From the IMG/VR virus record IMGVR_UViG_3300042558_004148, positions 1-64,000 of that record: a stretch of 64,000 nt of DNA. One strand, given 5' to 3'. The position numbers were made by a program, and so were the translations under genes. A model generated the notes under the pieces. That model was given only the letters and a program-made list of their open reading frames with translations, searched no databases and was not told the origin of the DNA. Position 1 is the first letter of the stretch; each line of letters opens with the position of its first letter. This document shows positions 27,242 through 35,878 of the stretch, piece after piece.

Positions 27242-27874
27242 ATGCAAAAGAAAGAGAAAAACATCCAAAAATTAGCAGAAGATTTCATAGTAGCTAGAAC
27301 TGATTCGTCATTTAGCCTATTATTCGAAAGACTTAGACCAGGAATACTCAATCACTGTTTCCTTATTGTAAAAGAGCAAGAATTGGCACAGGATGCTTTT
27401 CTAAACACCATGACAAAGATATGGACAAAAATTGAACAGTATAACGGTGAGCGTGGAAATTTTTCGACATGGTGCTATAATATAGCTAGAAATGAATCAT
27501 TACTTCTGATGAAATCTAGAAAAAGATATTATAATCACAGTGACAGCGAACTTGAATTTCTATCTTCCAAAAATACAATAGGTGATCTTGGAGGAATTTA
27601 TATGATAGAAGATGATCCAACAAATACCTTTTTTAATGACGGTGAAAGCTTGGATGTAATATACGAATCTGTTTTGGATGAGATTAGAGCACTACCCGAA
27701 TTATATAGGGACATAATGATAGATCGTGAGATAAATAATATGAAGTATAAGGACATAGCTGAAAAATACGACATAAAGAAAAGATCTATAGCTACCAGAA
27801 TAAGAAGGGCTAGATGTAAAATTAGAAAAAGTATAGACGGAAACATTACGCTTATGAGCGGATATAAAAAATAA
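27242..27874 (+). CDS. Sigma-70 family (ECF-like) sigma factor
   Basis: Region 2 AQDAFLNT...NFSTWCYNIARNE; region 4 helix-turn-helix MKYKDIAEKY...SIATRIRRAR. Confidence 0.88.
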   Translation: MQKKEKNIQKLAEDFIVARTDSSFSLLFERLRPGILNHCFLIVKEQELAQDAFLNTMTKIWTKIEQYNGERGNFSTWCYNIARNESLLLMKSRKRYYNHSDSELEFLSSKNTIGDLGGIYMIEDDPTNTFFNDGESLDVIYESVLDEIRALPELYRDIMIDREINNMKYKDIAEKYDIKKRSIATRIRRARCKIRKSIDGNITLMSGYKK

Positions 27875-27881
27875 AGCTTTT

Positions 27882-28316
27882 ATGTTAAGATTAATTAAAG
27901 TAATTAAGGAGATAATTCTCTATAGGGAATATTCCAGAATAATTAAGAAGGAATCAGAGAATGCACAGCTTTGGAGCAGAAGAAAATTAAGACTTGATTT
28001 TTTTAATAGAATATACACGGTTATAAATTTACCTCCTGAGGTTTTATATGCTACTGATTTACCCAAGGAATCAAGACCTTCCTTTGTTATAAGTGAAACT
28101 AAGGATATTAACGACTACCTTAAGGCCTTAAATCTCGAGGAATTACTTACAATGTGGATCGAACCAGTAAAGGATACTGATGAGGAGTCATATCTTGTTG
28201 TTTATCAGTTTTTATTTAGATATTTGAGCTGGCTTTGGTTAATCAGGTTTATACTTGAGATAGCTATAGTGGTAACGATACTTTGTAATCTAAATTGGAT
28301 AATATCACTATTTTAA
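27882..28316 (+). CDS. Hypothetical protein with C-terminal membrane anchor
   Basis: Hydrophobic C-terminal stretch WLWLIRFILEIAIVVTILCNLNWIISLF. Confidence 0.6.
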   Translation: MLRLIKVIKEIILYREYSRIIKKESENAQLWSRRKLRLDFFNRIYTVINLPPEVLYATDLPKESRPSFVISETKDINDYLKALNLEELLTMWIEPVKDTDEESYLVVYQFLFRYLSWLWLIRFILEIAIVVTILCNLNWIISLF

Positions 28317-29123
28317 ATGGTTACCGATAAATTCAAGGAGGATCTTGAAAAAAAATTAGAATTTTTCAATGATCCCAAATTTATATTCAATGAGGATATC
28401 CATGTTTATAGATATGATGGGATAAAGTTTGATTCAGTCACCACATTTTTAAAGAATTTCAAAACTGCTTTTGATAAAACATATTGGTCGAAAAGAAAAG
28501 CTCAGGAAAGAGGTGTAGACGTATCGGTAGTTCTTAATGAGTGGCAAAATAAGGCTGATGTTGCTAATGACCTAGGTACAAGAGTTCATAAGTTTATAGA
28601 AGATTTTTGGAGCGGTTTAAATCCAATAAATCCTAATGATGGTAGCGAATACGCTAAAAGAATAGATAAATTTATGGTTGCCTATGATAAGGTACTAAAG
28701 CATATGGTACCTCTCAAATCGGAACTTAGAGTATTTTCTAAAAAATGGAGAATAGCTGGTACAATAGACCAACCATTTCTTTTCTACGATAAGAAGAGAG
28801 ACAAAATATTTCTTATTATAGGTGATTGGAAAACTAATGGTGAATTTAAGGATGATAACCACCCTAAGGGGAGATATCAGAAATTACTAAGACCTTTTAC
28901 TAATCTATATGCAAACCACCATAATGAGTATTCCATACAAATAAGCATGTATAGATTAATTCTTGAGGAGGAATTGGGGATAGAAACCGAGAGTGGATTC
29001 CTTTGTCATATTGGACCTGATGATGCTCCCAGAATATTCCCAGCAAAGGATTTAAGAGAACCCTTAAGAGCTTATTTAAACCAAAATAGAGAAAATAATT
29101 TAGATATTTTTGATCTAAATTAG
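28317..29123 (+). CDS. PD-(D/E)XK (Cas4/YqaJ-like) exonuclease
   Basis: SVTT, GTRVH, AGTID, IGDWKT and Y-x-x-Q motifs. Confidence 0.8.
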   Translation: MVTDKFKEDLEKKLEFFNDPKFIFNEDIHVYRYDGIKFDSVTTFLKNFKTAFDKTYWSKRKAQERGVDVSVVLNEWQNKADVANDLGTRVHKFIEDFWSGLNPINPNDGSEYAKRIDKFMVAYDKVLKHMVPLKSELRVFSKKWRIAGTIDQPFLFYDKKRDKIFLIIGDWKTNGEFKDDNHPKGRYQKLLRPFTNLYANHHNEYSIQISMYRLILEEELGIETESGFLCHIGPDDAPRIFPAKDLREPLRAYLNQNRENNLDIFDLN

Positions 29124-29167
29124 AAACAAATAGAGAATAATAACTAAAATAATAAAAATATAATATT

Positions 29168-29689
29168 ATGAACAAGAAAGAATCAGAAGCAATGGAAAAT
29201 CAATTCCCTGGAGGATCTACTGAGATCGATTTTAGTAACGATCCTATCATGAGCAGTCTTAATATCGACAATGAATTGGTAAAATCTTTGGAGAATTCTA
29301 TTTCTGAAAAAAAGGAGGAAATAAAAAATAAAGTTTATGCAGTTTCTTTTGACGATAAACTTTTTGCTGAGTATGATAAATTTATTGCTGATTATGCAGA
29401 ATGGACTTCTACTGAGGCATTAGGAATTGTACAAGTTAATAAAACTATCCAGAAAATTAAAAAAGAGGGAATCAAAGACGGTGTAATCTATCTAGGTGCT
29501 TTACCTCTTGAGGCAAGTCACTATTTTCTTTCTAAATCTAAAGGAACAGGAAAGGAAAGTGCAGAATCTTTCATAAGACTTTATAAACCTTTAGATATGG
29601 CATTATCAGATGCTAAATCTGATGTAGCTGAGGTTAAAGATCTAGAAAAACAACTAGCTGCAGCAATGCAGGGTGTTACATTGGGATAA
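29168..29689 (+). CDS. Hypothetical protein
   Basis: Clean ORF with A-rich leader, followed by a terminator. Confidence 0.65.
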   Translation: MNKKESEAMENQFPGGSTEIDFSNDPIMSSLNIDNELVKSLENSISEKKEEIKNKVYAVSFDDKLFAEYDKFIADYAEWTSTEALGIVQVNKTIQKIKKEGIKDGVIYLGALPLEASHYFLSKSKGTGKESAESFIRLYKPLDMALSDAKSDVAEVKDLEKQLAAAMQGVTLG

Positions 29690-29712
29690 TCCAGAATTTA
29701 TATATAGATTTT

Positions 29713-29739
29713 AAAAGCTAGCATTTGCTAGCTTTTTTT
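29713..29739 (+). terminator. Rho-independent terminator
   Basis: AAAAGCTAGCA/TGCTAGCTTTT inverted repeat plus T tract. Confidence 0.75.
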
Positions 29740-29744
29740 ATGTG

Positions 29745-29752
29745 GATATATA
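29745..29752 (+). promoter_or_regulatory. Candidate late promoter GATATATA
   Basis: Just after the terminator, 25 nt before 29778. Confidence 0.6.
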
Positions 29753-29777
29753 ATGAATAAATTAAAATAAATTAGTT

Positions 29778-30062
29778 ATGTTAGAAAAAATTAAAAACAA
29801 TTCTTGGTCAATAAACATGGTTTTACTACTATTAGTATTATTGAGACAATGTGGTGTTAATAGCGACATTGATAGACTTGAGAAAAATTCAAAATCTACA
29901 AAGGCTGTAGTTGATTCGTTACTTATTATTACTCCTTCTAATACGGAGATAAAAGAGGAAATGAATCAGACAATGTTTAATTTCCTGATATATGAAGATG
30001 ATTTTGATAAAGGAAAAACTTCACTATCCGAAATAAAATCAAAGATAAATGAATCAAAATAA
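29778..30062 (+). CDS. Small membrane-anchored (possibly lipoprotein) protein
   Basis: N-terminal hydrophobic helix VLLLLVLLRQC followed by a coiled coil. Confidence 0.55.
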   Translation: MLEKIKNNSWSINMVLLLLVLLRQCGVNSDIDRLEKNSKSTKAVVDSLLIITPSNTEIKEEMNQTMFNFLIYEDDFDKGKTSLSEIKSKINESK

Positions 30063-30699
30063 AAGAGAATCCACCATAAAGTGGTTTATCATTGGTACCT
30101 TCGTTACATTATATCTAATAGTTTCGATCATATCAACTATCCACGTTATTGATTTTTTTAGATTATCCAATCCCGAATGGTTAGCTATATCTCTGGCGTT
30201 AGCATTTGAGATAGGTGCTGCTGCATCTTTGGCATCGCTAATAGCTCTGGATAAAATGAATAAAACTATAGTTTGGATGCTATTTATTATTCTTACTTTA
30301 ATGCAAGCTATGGGTAATACTTATTATGCATATACGAATCTCTCAGATTTTTCTAAATGGAGCGAGCTATTTGGCTTAGTCGAGGAAGAAATAATATATC
30401 AAAAAAGAATTTTGTCACTGATAAGCGGTGCTATACTTCCTTTAGTTTCTTTAGGATTCATAAAATCACTGGTTGATTATATAAGACCAGAAGCTAAAGA
30501 AACAACTAATTATACTCATGTAGATTCAGACGAACCGGATTCCGTACAGATTAAAGAGGCTGATGAGATCATGGAAACACCCATTGTCGATAGTTCTAAT
30601 GAAATAGATTTAAAGTCAATTGACGCTGGAGGGAGCGGATCTGAATTAAAGGACCTAATATATAAGGATGGTCATGTGGATCCAACCAGTCTTAGATAA
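30049..30699 (+). CDS. Multi-pass membrane protein
   Basis: About four hydrophobic helices and an acidic C-terminal tail. Confidence 0.65.
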   Translation: MNQNKRESTIKWFIIGTFVTLYLIVSIISTIHVIDFFRLSNPEWLAISLALAFEIGAAASLASLIALDKMNKTIVWMLFIILTLMQAMGNTYYAYTNLSDFSKWSELFGLVEEEIIYQKRILSLISGAILPLVSLGFIKSLVDYIRPEAKETTNYTHVDSDEPDSVQIKEADEIMETPIVDSSNEIDLKSIDAGGSGSELKDLIYKDGHVDPTSLR

Positions 30700-30722
30700 A
30701 TATGTAAAAAAATTATAAAGAT

Positions 30723-31400
30723 TTGTCAAATACAGAAACCCAAAACATAGATAATTTCGACGGAGGATCTGCAGCATCTTCCGGACCAATCGAATTTATA
30801 GGTGGTTCATCAGAATTTGCTACCGATCCTCTAGGTGGTGCTACTGCAGGATTCGATACATTATATACTAATATTGCTCTTACTTACTCTGATATTGATA
30901 GGGTAAAAGCAACATTTGAGAGATTTAATGATCCTAGTGAGATTAGATTTATAAAAGAAGCTCTCACAGTAACAAAGCAGTCACAAACATTAAATAAACT
31001 TGATTTGGTTGATTTTTTTCACCCATTGCAGGATTTTTCTGAATATCAGAAACAGAGTATGATAATAGGTCCAAGATCATCAGTCAATATAGATGCTGGA
31101 TCTTTTTATGGCACTACAGGTGAGGTTTCAATGTTTATCGCTAAGGCAAATTATCTGCCGGAGGCTGAAGATAACGATAGAATTTTATTCTGGGATTATA
31201 AGGCTAATGTCAGAAATATTATGGGAAGTATAATGATCCTAACCGGTGCGGTAAAAGATGGTTCTCAATGGAGAGGGTGGGACATTGATCCATTTTCAAC
31301 ATATGGACATACTGGGAATGCTAATAGTTCCCAAGGAGGTTTTATATTCACTAATCCAACGGATTATAGTGTTAACCTAACAGTAATAGCAGCTAATTAA
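30723..31400 (+). CDS. Late hypothetical (probable virion) protein, paralog A
   Basis: TTG start after GATAAATA (30695-30702); C-terminal half similar to 31402-31887. Confidence 0.6.
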   Translation: MSNTETQNIDNFDGGSAASSGPIEFIGGSSEFATDPLGGATAGFDTLYTNIALTYSDIDRVKATFERFNDPSEIRFIKEALTVTKQSQTLNKLDLVDFFHPLQDFSEYQKQSMIIGPRSSVNIDAGSFYGTTGEVSMFIAKANYLPEAEDNDRILFWDYKANVRNIMGSIMILTGAVKDGSQWRGWDIDPFSTYGHTGNANSSQGGFIFTNPTDYSVNLTVIAAN

Positions 31401-31401
31401 T

Positions 31402-31887
31402 ATGGCAACACAACCAATAACTTGCCCATATCTGGTAGACGAAGGATTTAGATTCTATAACGGTAATCTAGTATTAGATAACGGGCAGACCAATAATCCA
31501 CCAGTATATTTACCTATGAATGACCTCGAATTAAAAGTAGATACATTTGCAAGGAATAGAGCGATACTAAGAGTATCCAGCTGTTTTCTTTTAAGTCAAG
31601 GTGATATTGCTAATTCCGATGGCTATGTTGATCTTATAGCAGTAAAAGCGATATTCCCAGCTAATATAGTGGAATCTAAGAAATATATAACGTGGGAATA
31701 TCAAGGTGTCACCAATTATATGGGTGAATTAATGGTTCTTAGTGGAAAGATGCTTTCGTCGACAGATTCAACTTACGAGGGGTGGAATTTAGCTAAACCT
31801 GGCACTGCTTTTAATAACGGCGGTATAACTTTCTGTAATCCACATACCGATATAGAGATAAGATTAGAAATATTAATAGGATCCTAA
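31402..31887 (+). CDS. Late hypothetical (probable virion) protein, paralog B
   Basis: W[DE]Y...[IY]MG-x-[IL]M-x-L-x-G...GW...GG-x2-F-x-NP shared with paralog A. Confidence 0.6.
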   Translation: MATQPITCPYLVDEGFRFYNGNLVLDNGQTNNPPVYLPMNDLELKVDTFARNRAILRVSSCFLLSQGDIANSDGYVDLIAVKAIFPANIVESKKYITWEYQGVTNYMGELMVLSGKMLSSTDSTYEGWNLAKPGTAFNNGGITFCNPHTDIEIRLEILIGS

Positions 31888-31939
31888 AAATCGCTATTAA
31901 AATGAAATATATAATGTAAAAGTTTCTTGTCCCTTGATG

Positions 31940-31947
31940 GATATATA
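31940..31947 (+). promoter_or_regulatory. Candidate late promoter GATATATA
   Basis: 22 nt before 31970. Confidence 0.6.
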
Positions 31948-31969
31948 AACTGTAAAAAAAAATTTAACC

Positions 31970-34141
31970 ATGGACTTCATAAACCAAGTAAAAAAATTAA
32001 AAGAAGTAACTAAATCACCTGAGGTTAGAACTCTATGTGAAAGTTTTCTTAACGGGGGATCAGTTTCGGAGAGCGATCTAGTTAAATCTATTAATGAACA
32101 TAATATAACTCCAGACTTCGTATCAAATACGCAAAACCATTTAGATATGATAAGAAAAGAGGAAGCAGAACTTTCTAAAAAGAATGCTGCAGCTCTTATG
32201 GAATCTTGGGGAGGTTTGAAAAATGCATCTTTAAATAATGCAGGATCATACATCTCTAGGAAAGAAGAAAAAGAAGACGTATCACTTTTAGAGAGCTTAT
32301 CGCAATTAGAAGGAAGTGATTTGGATTCTACCGCTAAGTCATTTATTAAATCGCAAGAAGTAAATAATCTAGGAATAAGATTAGCATTAAATTCTATTAA
32401 GGAATCTTCAATTTATAGCTATCCGAAAGCTAAGATTATGGTTGAACAATACAGTAATCTTTTGGAAAATAAAGGAGTTCCTGAATTTTCATTAGTTCAT
32501 AATTTCCTAAATGATATTAAATCTTTATCATGGGATAAAGACGTAGCACAAGTTGCTGAATCTGTTAAGGAGAAATGTGAATCATTGAGCAGAGAAATAG
32601 AGGTAGCTAAAGTTTTGGAAGCTCTAAAGAATAGTGGTAACTCTTCATTCTATTCTGAATTGAACGAAACGTTGAATGCTTGGTTAGTATCGGAAAAAAA
32701 ATCTAATGGTCTACTTGTTAAGAATATTTCAAAATGGAATTTTAATCCAATGGTTAGAGGATTAATAAATTATCTTAATGTTAATGAAACTGAGGATAAA
32801 AGAAAACTTGAAATACCTGAAACTATACAGGGTGAATCTAGCGTATCAAGGGTATATTCTCCAGTTTTATTAGAAAATGGTAGATCACTATTTTACCTTG
32901 GTGGATTTATATTCGAGGCTAATGAGGAAGGTTTAAGAAAAATATCTGATAAAGAAATATCAGCATTGCCACAAGAATATCTTTCATTAGTTTATACATA
33001 CGGTAAAAAACATGTTAGAGTTAACGAAAACGGTATCTTTATTAAATTAGGAAAAAGCATAGTTAGATTGGTTGAAGAAAATGACGAGGTAACTGCTTAT
33101 ATGGGAAAAACTAGATTGAAATTTAGTGATCCTAGTGGTCTTGCTAAGATTGTTGGATTGGAATCCGGATCTTATTTCGGAGTTAATGAATCCGATGTGG
33201 TTAATGACATAATGAATCTTTATACTAATTATAGTAACATCGTAGAATTAGACTTTGCTAAAAGTTTAACTTCAAATGTATATGAAGGTGTTGGTGTTAA
33301 TTTATTCAAATGGATGGATCAAATTTATCTTCAGAAGATAAATGATTCAATGAATGAGAATTCAATACACAAAGTAACTGGAACACAAGCAGTTTCGGTT
33401 GTTAAAAATTATCTTAGATACGATATCTCAGAAGGTTTAACAGAATTCTTGGAAGGTGAGAGCAAGGTTAAATCCGTTATGATTAACGATAGAGAGAAAG
33501 TCATTTCAAACATATCTAAAGTTGATGAGGAATTAAATAAAATAAATACCCTAATAGGATCAAGTCCATTGTACGGAGAATCAGATCAGATCAAAACAGC
33601 TAAAAGAATGCTTGAGTCTGAACTTGTTATGCTAAGAGAAAAATGGAACCAAATAAATCTTGAAATTGAAAAAATAGAGCTTGATATTAATATGAGCGGA
33701 AGCTTAGATCTATTCGAGGATGAAAAATTCAATATCGGTTCTTATATAAAAGTTAAAGAGTCTGGTGAGACTGGAAAAATTATATCTATGGATGGTACAT
33801 CAGGAAGATATACAGTATTATTAGACAATGGCAAAACCTCAGACTTCCTAATAAATGAAATTAGTGACCTTGAGGAAGCATTATCTCAGGCAGCTGAAAA
33901 GAATGCTGAATCATCTGATGAGGACGGTGAGGAAGAAGTTAAAGAATCTAACAATCTTAATAAATCTGACCTTTCAATAGAGGAGCAAAAAAATATACTA
34001 AAGAATTTTGCTGATATGCACGGATTTACTAAAGCTCCTAAAGGTGAAACAGAAGAAAAAATAGAATTAGGTCTAGATAGCTTACATGGTTACAATATAT
34101 CAATGAACGAAGAATCTAGTGAAGATTTAAAAAAAAAGTAA
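31970..34141 (+). CDS. Large late head-associated protein with C-terminal SH3/KOW-like domain; probably extended by -1 frameshift to 34296
   Basis: IGSYIKVKESGETGKIISMD...RYTVLLDNG SH3-like motif; several [LI]-x-E protease-type sites; ends in TTA AAA AAA AAG TAA. Confidence 0.7.
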   Translation: MDFINQVKKLKEVTKSPEVRTLCESFLNGGSVSESDLVKSINEHNITPDFVSNTQNHLDMIRKEEAELSKKNAAALMESWGGLKNASLNNAGSYISRKEEKEDVSLLESLSQLEGSDLDSTAKSFIKSQEVNNLGIRLALNSIKESSIYSYPKAKIMVEQYSNLLENKGVPEFSLVHNFLNDIKSLSWDKDVAQVAESVKEKCESLSREIEVAKVLEALKNSGNSSFYSELNETLNAWLVSEKKSNGLLVKNISKWNFNPMVRGLINYLNVNETEDKRKLEIPETIQGESSVSRVYSPVLLENGRSLFYLGGFIFEANEEGLRKISDKEISALPQEYLSLVYTYGKKHVRVNENGIFIKLGKSIVRLVEENDEVTAYMGKTRLKFSDPSGLAKIVGLESGSYFGVNESDVVNDIMNLYTNYSNIVELDFAKSLTSNVYEGVGVNLFKWMDQIYLQKINDSMNENSIHKVTGTQAVSVVKNYLRYDISEGLTEFLEGESKVKSVMINDREKVISNISKVDEELNKINTLIGSSPLYGESDQIKTAKRMLESELVMLREKWNQINLEIEKIELDINMSGSLDLFEDEKFNIGSYIKVKESGETGKIISMDGTSGRYTVLLDNGKTSDFLINEISDLEEALSQAAEKNAESSDEDGEEEVKESNNLNKSDLSIEEQKNILKNFADMHGFTKAPKGETEEKIELGLDSLHGYNISMNEESSEDLKKK

Positions 34142-34296
34142 GTCGTAACTTTTATTTTGCTCCTAAAGGGGAAAATCAAAATAAACCAGGCGAGACTTTC
34201 GTTCAATCTTCGGATGGTAAATTAAGTAAAGCTCCTGACGGTAAAGAAATTGAATCCTCTGATGAAAACGAGGAGGATGAAGAAGATAAAGAATAA
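34138..34296 (+). other. -1-frame coding extension (52 codons) after the A_AAA_AAG slippery site
   Basis: VSRNFYFAPKGENQNKPGETFVQSSDGKLSKAPDGKEIESSDENEEDEEDKE*; no own start codon; ends just before a terminator. Confidence 0.65.
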
Positions 34297-34298
34297 TT

Positions 34299-34332
34299 AA
34301 AGAATGTAGCTCATAAGCTACATTCTTTTTTT
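34299..34332 (+). terminator. Rho-independent terminator
   Basis: 13-bp perfect stem AAAGAATGTAGCT-cata-AGCTACATTCTTT plus T tract. Confidence 0.85.
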
Positions 34333-34334
34333 AT

Positions 34335-34362
34335 GAAATCATTTATCTATTTTATACTAAAA
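34335..34362 (+). promoter_or_regulatory. Candidate middle promoter GAAAT-N18-TAAAA upstream of the late sigma gene
   Basis: Directly after the terminator; same spacing as the other members of the motif class. Confidence 0.45.
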
Positions 34363-34387
34363 CTATAAACCAACCAAATAACAAACA

Positions 34388-34747
34388 ATGGCTAAAGAAT
34401 ATGTTAAAAACAGCGAGCTTTTAGCAGCTGTAATAGAATCTAAAAGTAAGGGTCAACTTACACCCGATACAATAGATATGTTTATGTTAATGATAAACGG
34501 AATATCTAAAAAAATGTCATATAAGGATCCGGAAGATAAGGAGGATTGTATGGCATTTGCAATGGAGGATCTTTGTAAATATTGGAATAGATTTAACCCA
34601 GAGAAATCAAATAATCCATTTGCTTATTATACACAGATAGCTAAAAATGGATTTGCTAAGGGATGGAAAAAAATACATCCGCCAAAAAATCCTAAAACAA
34701 TACCTTTCAGCTATATAACTGGTGAGGATAATTCGTATAACGTTTAA
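34388..34747 (+). CDS. gp55: Late-transcription sigma factor (T4 gp55-like), very short (119 aa)
   Basis: EYVKNSELL and RFNPEKSNNPFAYYTQIAKN signature motifs. Confidence 0.8.
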   Translation: MAKEYVKNSELLAAVIESKSKGQLTPDTIDMFMLMINGISKKMSYKDPEDKEDCMAFAMEDLCKYWNRFNPEKSNNPFAYYTQIAKNGFAKGWKKIHPPKNPKTIPFSYITGEDNSYNV

Positions 34748-34753
34748 TCTATT

Positions 34754-35239
34754 ATGGTAGATATAAAGAAAGTAAAACCTAACGGAGATCATAAATCTGG
34801 AAAATATGCACCAAGAAATCCGGATAAGTATATAGGAGATATACACAATATCATCTATAGATCTTCGTGGGAATATAGATTCTGTATCTACTGTGATACT
34901 AATGATTCTATATTAAAGTGGAGCTCAGAACCAGTTGCTATAGATTATTATAACCCTCTTGATAAAAAAGATCACAAGTATAATGTTGATTTTTATATAA
35001 AGGTGCAAAGGGAAGATCAAACCGAACAGGACTGGATAATAGAAATAAAACCAGAAAATCAAACGAAGAAACCCATATATGAGGGGGTTAATACATTAGC
35101 AAAACTTAAATCATATAATAGAAATATGCAGATTTGGATAACAAATCAGGCAAAATTCAAATCTGCCAAAGTATGGGCGGAGAAGAGAGGATATAAATTT
35201 GGTGTTGTTGATGAGAATTTTTTATTTAAAAGTAAATAA
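34754..35239 (+). CDS. gp4: Head completion nuclease (T4 gp4 / TnsA-N-like)
   Basis: IIYRSSWE, WSSEP, Y-x-VDFY, IEIKP, NQAK...AK motifs. Confidence 0.85.
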   Translation: MVDIKKVKPNGDHKSGKYAPRNPDKYIGDIHNIIYRSSWEYRFCIYCDTNDSILKWSSEPVAIDYYNPLDKKDHKYNVDFYIKVQREDQTEQDWIIEIKPENQTKKPIYEGVNTLAKLKSYNRNMQIWITNQAKFKSAKVWAEKRGYKFGVVDENFLFKSK

Positions 35240-35841
35240 TGTATTCTAATCTTGTTTTGGAATATAGAGATTCCATTGAAATTGGTAAAAACGTATTTAC
35301 CGAGACCGATTTATATTTTTCTGACAATTACTTCTTTTCTAATAAGGAAATAATACAATTTAAACCACCGTTTATACCGGGTACAATATATAATTTTAAT
35401 TACTTAACTGATACCAGGTTAAGTGAGACCAGAAAATTCATAGATAGAAGACCATTGATATTATGTACAAATGTATACCAGAATCCAAGTTCAGGCACGA
35501 TTATAGAAGGAATAGATATTATAACAGTTCCACCCCGCATAAGAATAGATATAATAGGAAATTTTTATGACCAATTCTATTCTCAGGTAGAATCCAATTA
35601 TCTATCATTTCAGACAGGAGGTGCAATTACCCCTGTTAATTTAAAAAAGCCAATATTAGAAAATCTACTAAGGAATACCGGATATAATTTCTCACTGTTC
35701 GGTTTTAAATATAAATTTATAAGAAATCCAAGAATAATATCCAATAAAGATTGGGCTAAAATTCCATATCTTACTGATAGTAACATAGAGGGGTTAAGCT
35801 TACAAACGATATATAAGGAATATCAATCGAAATTAATTTAA
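35239..35841 (+). CDS. DNA end-protector-like protein (T4 gp2-like)
   Basis: PG-x-IY-x-F-x-Y...D-x2-PL pattern; synteny between gp4 and the portal. Confidence 0.55.
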   Translation: MYSNLVLEYRDSIEIGKNVFTETDLYFSDNYFFSNKEIIQFKPPFIPGTIYNFNYLTDTRLSETRKFIDRRPLILCTNVYQNPSSGTIIEGIDIITVPPRIRIDIIGNFYDQFYSQVESNYLSFQTGGAITPVNLKKPILENLLRNTGYNFSLFGFKYKFIRNPRIISNKDWAKIPYLTDSNIEGLSLQTIYKEYQSKLI

Positions 35842-35878
35842 TCTTTTGACTAGAATAAAACATATACTTTATAAATAA

